Positions 1-9,364 of a stretch of 64,000 bases of DNA are shown piece after piece (the first letter of the stretch is position 1; each line of letters starts with the position of its first letter). This DNA is from Desulfurococcales archaeon (GTDB taxonomy: Archaea > Thermoproteota > Thermoprotei_A > Sulfolobales > NBVN01): contig WAOK01000001.1 of NCBI GenBank assembly GCA_015521325.1, forward strand, positions 144,412 to 208,411, read 5' to 3'. The translations under genes and the position numbers were made by a program. The notes beneath the pieces were generated by a model. The model made no database searches. It saw only the letters and a program-made list of their open reading frames with translations, and was not told the origin of the DNA.

Positions 1-104
1 TCTCTAATGTATTCTAGGTTAGTTAGCTTCTCCCTACCTATGCCGTACAGATTAGCGAATACGTGCCTGCCGATGACGTATGGGTCGACGGCTTCATTGG
101 TCAT
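1..104 (-). CDS. N-terminal fragment (gene runs off window) of a pyruvoyl-type S-adenosylmethionine/arginine decarboxylase-like proenzyme
   Basis: Reverse-strand ATG at 104-102 gives MTNEAVDPYVIGRHVFANLYGIGREKLTNLEYIR. This resembles the G-[RK]-H-x(4)-LYG N-terminus of SpeH-type enzymes. Only 34 codons are visible. Confidence 0.4.
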   Translation of the reverse strand, partial: MTNEAVDPYVIGRHVFANLYGIGREKLTNLEYIR

Positions 105-156
105 CTCGCATCAATTCAACCCTAATGATGGGGGTTTATAACTTTGTGTAATCATC

Positions 157-1440
157 TTACGCTTCATCCAATTTTTTCTCGAGCCTACCCCTTAAGTCAA
201 AGAAGGTTGCTCCCACAATCCTTGCGACACCGTAGCCCCTGAAGTCATTGTGCTCTTTGATAACTACTGGCTTATAGTTGAATGTCCTCCCTAGGGCATC
301 ACCCCTGAAGGATCTCGTTGCCACTAACACCTTGGCAAGTGAGCCGACGTACTCGAAATTCTGCCTTCTCCCTATCTCCTCCACTAGTAGCGCGAGTGCC
401 GTGCTCCTAGCCTTCTTCACGCCCTCGGGCACCTGCCTCATTGCGGCTGCCTCTGTTCTGGGCCTCGGTGTGTACTGCGCTATGTGCACCTTGTCAAACA
501 TCAGTTCCTTAACAATCTCGATCGTCATCTCGAAGTCCTCGTCGTCCTCGCCTGGGTGCCCAACAATAATGTCGGTCGCAATGGTGACTCCCTCCACCTT
601 ACCGCGCAACTCCCTAACGATTTCCCTGTACTCGTCGACGCTGTACCTTCTCTTCATGATCCTCAGTACCTTATCGCTGCCGGATTGGAGAGGTAGGTGA
701 ACGTACTTGAAGACCCTCCTGTCCCGGAGAACCTCGATCAGGTCGTCGAGGACGTCGGAGACCGTGTCCGGATTCATCATACCGATACGGATCATGTAAT
801 TGCCGTCAACCTCGGCGAGCACTCTGCGAACGAGGTCCGGGAGCCTCACACCGCCTAGGTCGACACCGTATGAACCTGTATCCTGTGCCGTCAGATCGAT
901 CTCTAGCGCCCCCCTATCAACGGCTTTGCGCACGGCCCTCACGATCAGGCCTGGTCTGTAGGACCTAAGTCTTCTCCTAGCTATCTTCACAATGCAGAAC
1001 GCGCAGTCACCTAAGCAGCCCTCAGCTATCGGTATGGTTGCTACCCTATCCTCTAAGTAAGGCTCCAGGTATGAGACATCCCTCTCGCCGCCGACGAGGT
1101 GCTTCGGGGCACTTGATTCAACCAGAGAAACAATCTCGGTCACGTGCTGTGGCGAGAGGAGCGCAGCGTTCGGGACGTGTTTTAGGATCGTGTAGGGCTG
1201 GGCAGCCGCCATACAGCCAGCCACTATAAGCCTCTTACCGTTCAGGTTCCTCAGTGAACTAAGCCGTTTGAGGATCCTTTCCTCGCTATCCTTCCTAACA
1301 GTGCAGGTGTTTATGATCACTACATCAGCGTCGTCGATAGTCTGAACTATCTCGTGCCCACTAGCGGATAGTAGCGACTTCATGAGCGCGGTATCGGCCC
1401 TGTTCAGAGCACAGCCGTAGGTCTCTATGTACACCCTCAT
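157..1440 (-). CDS. Radical SAM methylthiotransferase, MiaB/CDKAL1 (e-MtaB) family
   Basis: N-terminal MTTase domain (YIETYGCALN). Radical SAM motif CLGDCAFC. C-terminal TRAM-like segment. 427 aa. Confidence 0.85.
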   Translation of the reverse strand: MRVYIETYGCALNRADTALMKSLLSASGHEIVQTIDDADVVIINTCTVRKDSEERILKRLSSLRNLNGKRLIVAGCMAAAQPYTILKHVPNAALLSPQHVTEIVSLVESSAPKHLVGGERDVSYLEPYLEDRVATIPIAEGCLGDCAFCIVKIARRRLRSYRPGLIVRAVRKAVDRGALEIDLTAQDTGSYGVDLGGVRLPDLVRRVLAEVDGNYMIRIGMMNPDTVSDVLDDLIEVLRDRRVFKYVHLPLQSGSDKVLRIMKRRYSVDEYREIVRELRGKVEGVTIATDIIVGHPGEDDEDFEMTIEIVKELMFDKVHIAQYTPRPRTEAAAMRQVPEGVKKARSTALALLVEEIGRRQNFEYVGSLAKVLVATRSFRGDALGRTFNYKPVVIKEHNDFRGYGVARIVGATFFDLRGRLEKKLDEA

Positions 1441-1518
1441 ACGGTTCCTGCCTAAGGGGTTGGGTCATCGGGCCTTAATTATGCGAGCCCTCAACCACAT
1501 TATTTAAGCTATGAACCG

Positions 1519-1965
1519 TTGGGTACTGGGGTTGCTGAAGTGAGCAGTGACAAGATACTCTGGGATTATGAGGCCCTGCTGGAGAGGCTATACAGTAACC
1601 TCCCTGAGAGGGCGAAGGTACAGCCTATAGAGATACCGGAGTTCCAGATAATACGTACCGGGCCCTACACGAGGATAACGAACTTCAAGCAGGTATGCGA
1701 CAGGATAAGGAGGGAGCCCAGGATCTGCATGAGGTACCTCCTTAAGGAGATCGGTGCTAGGGGAGCCATCGATGACTCAGGCGGCCTCACTATCTTCCTT
1801 AAGGTCTCTAGAAACACACTGAGACAGCTTTTCAGGAGGTTCCTGGAGACGTACGTGAGGTGCAGCACCTGTGGCTCGTACCACACGGAGCTCAGGAGGC
1901 AGGGTAAGGTTTGGGTGATAAGGTGCCTGGCGTGCGGAGCAGAGACGCCGGTGAGGCCGATCTGA
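1519..1965 (+). CDS. Translation initiation factor aIF2 beta subunit
   Basis: C-terminal zinc ribbon CSTCGSYHTEL...CLACGAETPV and the conserved central NF..V...I.R.P region. TTG start in the track. Confidence 0.9.
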   Translation: MGTGVAEVSSDKILWDYEALLERLYSNLPERAKVQPIEIPEFQIIRTGPYTRITNFKQVCDRIRREPRICMRYLLKEIGARGAIDDSGGLTIFLKVSRNTLRQLFRRFLETYVRCSTCGSYHTELRRQGKVWVIRCLACGAETPVRPI

Positions 1966-2294
1966 GGCCTGAGGACGTCACGCTCTTTCTGGGACGGCAT
2001 GAGGCGCTGAGTGATTACGGGAGGGAGGTCGTCATAGGTGTTTGTGACGAGGAACTCCTAGGTAAGGTCTTCTCCGAGGGTGGCACGAGGCTCGAGCTGA
2101 ATAAGGAGTTCTTCGGCACCATGAAGATAGGCGGGGACGAACTCCTCAACTACCTCCTGGAGGCCTCGTCAGCGATAATAGTTGGGGAGAAGGCGGTTAA
2201 GTTAGCCATTAAGCTGGGATTCATTAACCCCGATGCGGTGGCGAGGGTCGAGGGAGTCCCCTACGCTATGTACGTCAGGTCGCCGCTGATGTAG
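1911..2294 (+). CDS. Conserved archaeal DUF424-like protein
   Basis: VIGVCDEELLGK motif typical of DUF424. No start codon lies downstream of the aIF2-beta stop, so the gene must overlap it by 34-55 nt. Confidence 0.5.
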   Translation: MGDKVPGVRSRDAGEADLRPEDVTLFLGRHEALSDYGREVVIGVCDEELLGKVFSEGGTRLELNKEFFGTMKIGGDELLNYLLEASSAIIVGEKAVKLAIKLGFINPDAVARVEGVPYAMYVRSPLM

Positions 2295-2308
2295 CGGGTG
2301 CCGGCGCC

Positions 2309-3247
2309 ATGGTGAGGTTCTGTGTCAGATGCGGTGCTGAAGAGAAAGAGGGTTTCCCAATAATCGATGGTCTATGCCCCAGATGTTTTGTTAAGGAGAG
2401 GAAGATAGTCGAGCTCCCGCCCAAGATCGAGGTCACGTTATGCCCCTCCTGCGGGAGCACCCTCCTAAGAGGGAAATGGGTATTCATCAGCGACAGGATT
2501 GAGGAGGTAGTTGAGACGATTATCAACGAGGCCTTCATAAAGAGGACAAACACGTACCCCGGTTTCGAAGACGTATTCGCTGAGGTGAAGGAGTTAACGG
2601 ATACGACGGCACGCATCCTCGTCACCGGTTCTTACAGGGGGGCTCTGGTGTCTCAGGAGGTACTGATAAACGTGTTAGTGAAGAAAAGGCTCTGCCCGAG
2701 ATGCATGAAGATAAAGAGCGGGCATTTCGAAGCAGAGATGCAGATTAGGACTATGGCACCACTAAGGGGTGAGTGGTCGAGGCGATTTGTTTCGGACGTG
2801 CAGAGTATGAGGAGGTTACAGGAGTCTGTGGTGGATGTTAAGGAGGTGAAGAACGGTGTTGATGTGAAGGTTCTCGACCAGAGGGCGGCAATGAAGCTCG
2901 CTAGTTATCTGAAGAGGGTCTTCGGGGCTAGGGTCGTGTCGACGTGGAAGGACGCCGGATACCGGAGTGGTAGGAAGCACTCGAAGCTCACGGTCTCCGT
3001 TAGGTTGCCGGGCCTCATAGAGGGAGACGTGATAGAGCTGGGCGGCAGGTTAGCTATTGTCGTAGCGTTCTATGGACCCAAGATGGTGATTAAGTTCTTG
3101 GACACTGGTGAGGAGGTGACCGTCAGCCTGCAGAGAGCCTGGACTGAGGGATTGCGGTACCTAGCAGATAAGGAGTATGCTATTAAGGAAGAGGGTGGTA
3201 AACGATACCTCCTTTATAAGGGTAGAGCGTATATCATGGATAGGTGA
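2309..3247 (+). CDS. NMD3-family ribosome (large subunit) biogenesis/export factor homolog
   Basis: N-terminal paired CxxC knuckles (CVRCG...CPRCF, CPSCG, CPRCM) and a length typical of archaeal NMD3. Confidence 0.75.
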   Translation: MVRFCVRCGAEEKEGFPIIDGLCPRCFVKERKIVELPPKIEVTLCPSCGSTLLRGKWVFISDRIEEVVETIINEAFIKRTNTYPGFEDVFAEVKELTDTTARILVTGSYRGALVSQEVLINVLVKKRLCPRCMKIKSGHFEAEMQIRTMAPLRGEWSRRFVSDVQSMRRLQESVVDVKEVKNGVDVKVLDQRAAMKLASYLKRVFGARVVSTWKDAGYRSGRKHSKLTVSVRLPGLIEGDVIELGGRLAIVVAFYGPKMVIKFLDTGEEVTVSLQRAWTEGLRYLADKEYAIKEEGGKRYLLYKGRAYIMDR

Positions 3248-3251
3248 TTAC

Positions 3252-3593
3252 TTGGGGAAGAAAGAAAGGAAAGGGAAGGGTAAGCGAGGCTCAGAGGATG
3301 AGTTCCTCGTGCCGAATCCAGAGGAAGGAACAATTCTTTGTATAGTTACGAGGATAGTCGGTGCCGGCTGGGTTGATGTATTCTGCACTGACGGAAAACA
3401 GAGGAGAGCCAGGATACCAGGTAAGCTGAGGAGGAGGATGTGGATGAGGGAGAGGGACATCGTGCTCGTCAGTGTGTGGGAGTTCAGGGACGATCGCGGC
3501 GACGTGATCTATAGGTACACTAGGGATGAGAAGGAGAGGCTTATCAAGGAGGGCTACCTAGACCCGGAGTTCCTCGAGATCGAGGAGTTCTGA
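3252..3593 (+). CDS. Translation initiation factor aIF1A
   Basis: S1-like OB core GTILCIV..GAGWVDVFCTDGKQRRARIPGKLRRRMWMRERDIVLVS. TTG at 3252 lies just after the NMD3 stop, so the ORF-track N-terminal extension (from 3177) overlapping NMD3 is unlikely. Confidence 0.85.
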   Translation: MGKKERKGKGKRGSEDEFLVPNPEEGTILCIVTRIVGAGWVDVFCTDGKQRRARIPGKLRRRMWMRERDIVLVSVWEFRDDRGDVIYRYTRDEKERLIKEGYLDPEFLEIEEF

Positions 3594-3604
3594 GTTCTCC
3601 TTGG

Positions 3605-4459
3605 GTGTTGGGTGTCTTGTCCTCGGAGGACAGGCTAGAGAGAATTCTCGATCAGTACTACCGGCTTACGGGTAAGGAGAAGCGGAGAGTGGACAAGGAC
3701 CTTTTCGAGACCGTTGAGGAGGTCTTCGACTACGCAACCGTTAAGGCAATACTCGAGTTAGTTAGGAAAAAGCAGATATACGAGTTGAAGGGTGTCGTCA
3801 GCGCAGGTAAAGAGGCGAGGGTGTACTGGGGTAAGGACTTTAAGGGCGAGGATATAGCCGTCAAGATATACCTTACAACCACAGCCGAGTTCCGAAAGGG
3901 TCTGATAAAGTACCTAGCTGGTGACCCGAGGTTCGAGATGAGGAGGATACCTAAATCGACTAAGAAGCTTATGGAGATGTGGGCTAACAAGGAGTTCAGG
4001 AATTACAAGCTAATGCATCGCGCAGGCGTCTCTGTCCCTACACCGAGGGCGCAGCACAAGAACATACTTGTGCTTGACTTCATAGGGGAGGAGGGCGTCA
4101 GGGCGCCACTCCTCGTGGAGGCGAAGCTCGAGGAAGAGGAGTACGAGAAAATATTCTGGGACGTCCTCAAGGATGTCCGTAAAATGTATGAGAGAGCGAG
4201 GCTTGTCCACGGTGACCTCAGTGAATTCAATATAATGGTGTGGCAGGGGAGGCACTACATAATAGACGTTAGTCAGGCCGTTAAGCTCGGTCACCCGAAC
4301 GCGGAGGACTTCCTTGTGAGGGATCTAAGGAACCTCCGGAGATTCTTCTATGAGGAGGTCGGTGTACAGGTACCTGAACTTAAGGATATGTATCTCTACG
4401 TCACAGGGGAGATCAGTGAGGAGGAGCTCCGGAGACGGACAGCTTCATCAAACGAATAA
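3605..4459 (+). CDS. RIO-type serine/threonine protein kinase Rio1
   Basis: VSAGKEARVY (P-loop-like), catalytic HGDLSEFNIM, metal-binding IDVSQAV. Confidence 0.9.
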   Translation: MLGVLSSEDRLERILDQYYRLTGKEKRRVDKDLFETVEEVFDYATVKAILELVRKKQIYELKGVVSAGKEARVYWGKDFKGEDIAVKIYLTTTAEFRKGLIKYLAGDPRFEMRRIPKSTKKLMEMWANKEFRNYKLMHRAGVSVPTPRAQHKNILVLDFIGEEGVRAPLLVEAKLEEEEYEKIFWDVLKDVRKMYERARLVHGDLSEFNIMVWQGRHYIIDVSQAVKLGHPNAEDFLVRDLRNLRRFFYEEVGVQVPELKDMYLYVTGEISEEELRRRTASSNE

Positions 4460-4498
4460 TAGAGTCGTTTATTCATGAGTTAGTCGAGGGTAGAGAAT

Positions 4499-5080
4499 TT
4501 GAGCGAGGCAGGGCCGAGGATATACGTTAGAGTGCCCCTTGAGAGAGTTGGTGTGCTCGTGGGTGAGAAAGGAGAGGTACTCAAAATGCTTGAGCGAGAG
4601 CTAGGTGTCAAGGTTGTGGTAGATAGTGCGAACGGAACTGTCATCATAGAACCGGCAGTTCCCGGAGTCTCACCGTTCAAGCTCATGAAGGCAAAAGACT
4701 TCGTGACGGCCATAGCACTAGGCTTTAGCCCGGAGAGGGCAGAGAGGCTCCTCTCTGACGATCAAGTGCTTGTAGTAATAGATCTTAAGGAGGAGGTTGG
4801 TGACTCGCCGAATCACCTGAGGAGGGTGAAGGGTAGGATAATCGGTGAGAAAGGGAGGGCGAGAAAGAACTTGGAGGAGATGACTGGCACATACATAAGC
4901 GTCTACGATGACAAGGTCGCAATAATAGGGGACTACGAGAGCGCCGAGGTAGCCAGGCAAGCCATCATGATGCTGATAGAGGGCAGGCAGCACTCAACAG
5001 TCTACAGATACCTCGAGAGGGAGCTAAGGAGATTGAAGAAGCATCGCCTCACAGACCTCTGGTTAAGAGACGTGAAATAA
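4499..5080 (+). CDS. KH-domain RNA-binding protein (Dim2/Pno1-like)
   Basis: Two KH modules with GxxG-type loops (VGEKGEV, IGEKGRARKNLE). It follows Rio1, as in many archaea. Confidence 0.8.
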   Translation: MSEAGPRIYVRVPLERVGVLVGEKGEVLKMLERELGVKVVVDSANGTVIIEPAVPGVSPFKLMKAKDFVTAIALGFSPERAERLLSDDQVLVVIDLKEEVGDSPNHLRRVKGRIIGEKGRARKNLEEMTGTYISVYDDKVAIIGDYESAEVARQAIMMLIEGRQHSTVYRYLERELRRLKKHRLTDLWLRDVK

Positions 5081-5084
5081 GTTC

Positions 5085-5145
5085 TCTAGTGATGATTCAT
5101 TGTTGGCTGAGTCCCTTAATGATGAGGGGCCAAAGCTCTGATTCA
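5085..5145 (+). ncRNA. Box C/D sRNA (2'-O-methylation guide)
   Basis: C box GTGATGA 5089-5095; 11-nt spacer; D' CTGA 5107-5110; C' ATGATGA 5119-5125; 12-nt spacer; D CTGA 5138-5141. Intergenic. Confidence 0.65.
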
Positions 5146-5231
5146 GACTCTCCGGGAGTAACGACATGACGCAACCTGCACTTTCTTCGTTGAGGGAGGC
5201 AGAATTAGGAGCCCTTCACCCCTTACGGGTG

Positions 5232-5381
5232 TGGTGGGCCCGGGGGGACTTGAACCCCCGACCTACGGGTCTCTCCCAGGGGGACTCTCCTATCATCCCG
5301 CTTATGCGGTCTTCAGACCCGTAGTGGACTGGAGCCTCGGCTCTGCCGATCCGCCGCTCTGCCTGGCTGAGCTACGGGCCC
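5232..5381 (-). tRNA. tRNA-Phe(GAA) interrupted by about 72 nt of intervening sequence (probably two introns)
   Basis: Reverse complement reads GGGCCCG-TA-GCTC..GAGC ... CGGGT-CTGAAGA ... ACCCG-TAGGTC-GGGGG-TTCAAGT-CCCCC-CGGGCCC-A-CCA. It is 150 nt against about 78 nt mature. Exact exon borders are uncertain. Confidence 0.7.
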
Positions 5382-5454
5382 ACCAGAGGTCATCCGTTAA
5401 TCGGTGGTGGTACTGGTCTTTTATACGTTTACGTGATGAGGAACGGGTGATGGG

Positions 5455-5631
5455 ATGACATCTTGGAAGCTTAAGTGCACTAGGTGCGGGCGTGTTTGGG
5501 TTCTTAAGGTGAGCTATAATCTTAAGGAGATGGGTCGCATATATCATTGGTGCCCCTACTGCAGGGTAAATACTTTCCATGAAGTGATTGAGAGAGTTGA
5601 GGAGGGCTCTGAGGAGGGGGTGCAGGATTAG
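5455..5631 (+). CDS. Small zinc-ribbon protein (58 aa), below the ORF-track cutoff
   Basis: ATG 5455 to TAG 5629-5631 gives MTSWKLKCTRCGRVWVLKVSYNLKEMGRIYHWCPYCRVNTFHEVIERVEEGSEEGVQD, with CxxC...CxxC. Confidence 0.5.
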   Translation: MTSWKLKCTRCGRVWVLKVSYNLKEMGRIYHWCPYCRVNTFHEVIERVEEGSEEGVQD

Positions 5632-5672
5632 TTTATAGTTCGTTACGGGTAGTAGGTGTTAGGTGCGACTAA

Positions 5673-7526
5673 TTGCGGTTACTCACGATCCATGCCGAGA
5701 AATTCTGGTTCAAGGCCAGGGAGAAGGCGCTCAAGGACGCCGAGGAACTCGTTGATGTGCCGGGCGAGGCGAGGGCAGAGAACGCGCTCGTTGTCTTCAT
5801 AAGCGTTGAGGAAGGGGACGCCAAGGGCGGTAAGGAGTTTCTGGAGCAGGTGGCTAGGAACGTAGTCGAGATAGCGGAGAATGTCAAGGCCGATACTATA
5901 GTGCTCTACCCATACGCTCACCTGTCCAGCAGGCTCGCGCCACCATTCGAGGCAATGGAGGTTATGAAGTCACTGGAGGAGGTCGTTAAGTCTGTTTTCA
6001 AGGGGAAGGTGCTGAGGGCCCCCTTCGGATGGTATAAGGCCTTCGAAATAAAGTGCTTAGGTCACCCACTCTCTGAGCTCTCGAGAGAGCTCAAGCCGAG
6101 CGCTGTAAAGCGCATCGCTATAGAAAAGGAGTACTTCATCCTAACCCCTGACGGCGATCTCTACAGGCCGGAAGAGTACGAGTTCAAGGAGGGTGAAGAG
6201 GGGCTGAAGATACTCGTTGACAAGGAATACTTCAAAAAGGAACTCCCCGGAGGCAAGCCCAGAATAGTCGAGATATGCAGGAAATTCGGCTTCGAATGGG
6301 AGCCAATGTCCGACGCTGGCCACATGAGGTACGGCCCCCACGCGACTACGATACTAGATGCTGTAATGGAGTATTCGTGGAGAGTAGCGAAGAGCGTCGG
6401 GTTCCCAGTGTTCAGGGTTAGGGGCACCAACATGTTCAACTTGAAGTTCCGTCCGGTAAGGGAACATGCCGAACTCTTCGGAGACAGACTATATGAGCTA
6501 AGGACGGACACCGGGACGATGGTCATGAGGTACGCAGCGTGTCACCAGCAGTTCGCGATGATAAAGGACTGGATAATCAGCTACAGAGACCTCCCCTTCG
6601 GTGCCTTCGAGGTAGCGGACAGCTATAGGTACGAGCAGAGCGGTGAGGTCATGCTGTGCTTTAGGCTGAGGAAGTTCTTCATGCCAGACCTCCACATATT
6701 CAATAAAGATCTGGAGCAGGCCATGAAAACCGCGAAGAGAGTTCAGGAGGTTATCCTTGAGGAGGTGGCTAAGGTCGGGCAGGACTACTGGGCCATCTAC
6801 AACGTTACCCGAGACTTCTTCGACGAGCACAGGGACTACATCATAGAGCTGATAAGGAGGGAGGGGAGGCCCGCCCTCATAGAGGTGCTGCCGGCAGGGA
6901 TCTATTACTGGGTCCTCAACATCGAGTACAACATAATCGACGCGCTTGGGAGGCCGAGGGAGATAGCCACATTCCAGATAGACATCGGTAATGCCAAGAG
7001 GTTCGGCATAAGATATGTTGATGAGGAGGGTAACGAGAGGTACCCCGTGATAATACACACGGCGCTGATAGGTGGTGTCGAGAGGTACATATACATGGTA
7101 TTCGATGCCGCAGTCAAGCAGGAAGCTATGGGGAAGACCCCGACAATACCAGTGTGGCTCGCCCCCATACAGGTGAGGGTCATACCGGTAAGCAGAAACC
7201 ACCTCAGCTATGCTGAGGAGGTGCTTCAGAGACTTAAGGAGGAGGGAATACGCGCCGACCTAGATGATAGGGACTTGGGCCTCGGTAAGAAGATCAGAGA
7301 TGCGGGCATTGAGTGGATCCCGTACATAGTGGTGGTCGGCGACAGGGAGGTGAGCACGGGAACAGTGAATGTGAGAATCCGTGGCACAAGGGAGCAGGTA
7401 TCCATGAAGGTGGACGACCTCATTAAGAGAATTAAGGAAGAAGTGAGAGGCTACCCGCAGGTAGACTCTGCCTTACCTGACCGCCTCTCCATGCGCCCAA
7501 CCCTCCACTACCTCCGCGGTCTGTAA
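5673..7526 (+). CDS. thrS: Threonyl-tRNA synthetase with archaeal N-terminal editing domain
   Basis: 617 aa. N-terminus MRLLTIHAEKFWFK is typical of the archaeal ThrRS editing domain. Class II core and C-terminal anticodon-binding domain (VVVGDREV). Confidence 0.95.
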   Translation: MRLLTIHAEKFWFKAREKALKDAEELVDVPGEARAENALVVFISVEEGDAKGGKEFLEQVARNVVEIAENVKADTIVLYPYAHLSSRLAPPFEAMEVMKSLEEVVKSVFKGKVLRAPFGWYKAFEIKCLGHPLSELSRELKPSAVKRIAIEKEYFILTPDGDLYRPEEYEFKEGEEGLKILVDKEYFKKELPGGKPRIVEICRKFGFEWEPMSDAGHMRYGPHATTILDAVMEYSWRVAKSVGFPVFRVRGTNMFNLKFRPVREHAELFGDRLYELRTDTGTMVMRYAACHQQFAMIKDWIISYRDLPFGAFEVADSYRYEQSGEVMLCFRLRKFFMPDLHIFNKDLEQAMKTAKRVQEVILEEVAKVGQDYWAIYNVTRDFFDEHRDYIIELIRREGRPALIEVLPAGIYYWVLNIEYNIIDALGRPREIATFQIDIGNAKRFGIRYVDEEGNERYPVIIHTALIGGVERYIYMVFDAAVKQEAMGKTPTIPVWLAPIQVRVIPVSRNHLSYAEEVLQRLKEEGIRADLDDRDLGLGKKIRDAGIEWIPYIVVVGDREVSTGTVNVRIRGTREQVSMKVDDLIKRIKEEVRGYPQVDSALPDRLSMRPTLHYLRGL

Positions 7527-7616
7527 ATAATCCAGAGAATTTTCTGAATAAACAATTTTTCGAGCGTTTATAGCCCTTCAAATAAGTAACATACAGTAGG
7601 AGGGACGGTGGTCTGT

Positions 7617-8582
7617 ATGAGTGAGGCGAAAGAGGAGAGGCCCGTCATGAGGCTTGAGGATCTGGGGCTGAGCCCAACAATAATCAGGAAGCTGAAAGAG
7701 GCGGGCTATAAGACAATAGAGGCAGTGGCGGTAGCGAACGTCAACGACCTAGCCAGTATTCTTGGGGTGCCGATAAACACCGTGCAGAAGATCGTGAACA
7801 AGGCCCGGGACGCGCTAGGACTGAGGTTCAAGACAGCGCTCGAACTGAAGCAGGAGTCCAGGAACATAGGCAGGATAACTACGGGGTCAAAGAGGCTGGA
7901 TGAGCTCCTCGGCGGCGGAGTGGAGACTAGAACGATAACGGAGTTCTACGGCGAGTTCGGGACAGGGAAGACGCAGATATGTATGCAGCTCTCCGTCAAC
8001 GTTCAGCTACCTCCCGAGGAGGGCGGGCTAAGCGGTAAGGCCCTCTACATCGACACGGAGGGTACCTTCAGGTGGGAGAGGATCGAGAAAATGGCGAGGG
8101 CTGTGGGCCTGGATCCCGATGAGGCGATGAAGAACATAATAGTGGCTAGGGCCATAAGCACAGACCACCAGATAGCCATAGTAAACGAGGCCATGGAGCT
8201 CATACCGAAAGAGAACATCAGGCTACTCGTGATAGACTCCGTAACAAGTCACTTCAGGGCCGAATACCCTGGCAGGGAGAACCTTGCGGTGAGGCAGCAG
8301 CGCCTTAACCAGCACCTACACCAGCTAGCGAGGATAGCCGAAGTCTACAACGTAGCAGTGGTAGTGACCAACCAGGTCATGGCCAGACCTGACGTGTTCT
8401 ATGGGGACCCGACTCAGGCAGTGGGAGGTCATGTACTGGCACACGCACCCGGTGTTAGGGTGCAGCTGAGGAAGGCTAGGGGCAATAGAAGGATAGCGAG
8501 GATCGTTGACGCCCCGCATCTGCCGGAGGGTGAGGCAGTATTCCTAATAACGGATGAGGGCATCAGAGACGTGGAGGAATGA
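7617..8582 (+). CDS. radA: DNA repair and recombination protein RadA
   Basis: N-terminal HhH ([19 protein letters not shown]), Walker [10 protein letters not shown], Walker B LLVIDS. ATG at 7617; GTG at 7608 is also possible. Confidence 0.95.
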   Translation: MSEAKEERPVMRLEDLGLSPTIIRKLKEAGYKTIEAVAVANVNDLASILGVPINTVQKIVNKARDALGLRFKTALELKQESRNIGRITTGSKRLDELLGGGVETRTITEFYGEFGTGKTQICMQLSVNVQLPPEEGGLSGKALYIDTEGTFRWERIEKMARAVGLDPDEAMKNIIVARAISTDHQIAIVNEAMELIPKENIRLLVIDSVTSHFRAEYPGRENLAVRQQRLNQHLHQLARIAEVYNVAVVVTNQVMARPDVFYGDPTQAVGGHVLAHAPGVRVQLRKARGNRRIARIVDAPHLPEGEAVFLITDEGIRDVEE

Positions 8583-9312
8583 GGGCCTCTTGCTACTCAG
8601 CCCCGACGCTGTCGTGGCAGTACCAGTAGCGGCTACCCTCGCGTACGCAACATATAGAGACCTCAAATACAGGGATATACCCGAACTCACCTGGGTTCCT
8701 GCGGCTGTATTTGTCATCATATACAACGCGTACTTAGGCAGATATGAGCCTATTCATACTCTGTTCTCGTTCTTGCCTGCTATAGCGCTTCTTGCTATGG
8801 CTTTCCTTGACCTCATTGGTGGGGCGGATGCCCTGGCAATGCTCCTAATAGCTGTTGCTCATCCAAGCTTCCTCGTGCTTCCTATCTCGTTGCTTACGAT
8901 GGCGTTCTCAGTTATTCCGCCAATGATATTGATCGTTTACTACCTCATCCTGAACCTCTCCCATAAGGAGGAGCTGAATAGGTTGGCCTGTGTTAGAGGT
9001 TCTAAAAAGCTGTTGCTGTTCATGGGGAGGCCTCTAAGAGTGCGTGATTACCTTAGGTCGAAGTTTCTATTCCTCCTCACGGTGCCTTCAGAGAAAGGGT
9101 TCCAGTGTGGTGTATCAGCCGATATCGACATAGACTTTGAACAGGAGAAGAGGATTGTTATAGATGCACTGAGAAAGGGAGTGATGTCGGAGGACTCACT
9201 TGTGTGGGTCTCGCCAGCATTACCTCACATAGCCTTCATATTTGTTGGTTACGTAATTTCCCTCTTCATACCACAGGATCTTCTGCTCTCACTGTTCCTT
9301 AAGACGCGGTGA
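8554..9312 (+). CDS. A24-family aspartic prepilin/preflagellin peptidase (PibD/FlaK-like)
   Basis: Polytopic membrane protein with [11 protein letters not shown] (first catalytic Asp region) and IGGADALAM (GxGD-type second Asp). TTG at 8590 would avoid the overlap with radA. Confidence 0.7.
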   Translation: MRASETWRNEGLLLLSPDAVVAVPVAATLAYATYRDLKYRDIPELTWVPAAVFVIIYNAYLGRYEPIHTLFSFLPAIALLAMAFLDLIGGADALAMLLIAVAHPSFLVLPISLLTMAFSVIPPMILIVYYLILNLSHKEELNRLACVRGSKKLLLFMGRPLRVRDYLRSKFLFLLTVPSEKGFQCGVSADIDIDFEQEKRIVIDALRKGVMSEDSLVWVSPALPHIAFIFVGYVISLFIPQDLLLSLFLKTR

Positions 9313-9364
9313 AGGTATCGGCATTGGTATAAGAACTGTTAACTCCTAGATTAACTGGTGCTGA

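Noticed and set aside
6498-7202. 234-aa minus-strand ORF inside thrS. Many similar antisense ORFs occur elsewhere (for example 278-700, 14477-15046, 28936-29403, 45901-46356, 47704-48216).
   Set aside because: These lie fully antisense to genes with unambiguous conserved motifs. Their translations are low-complexity (Ser/Pro/Leu-rich) with no recognisable domains. They are typical shadow ORFs of GC-balanced coding DNA.
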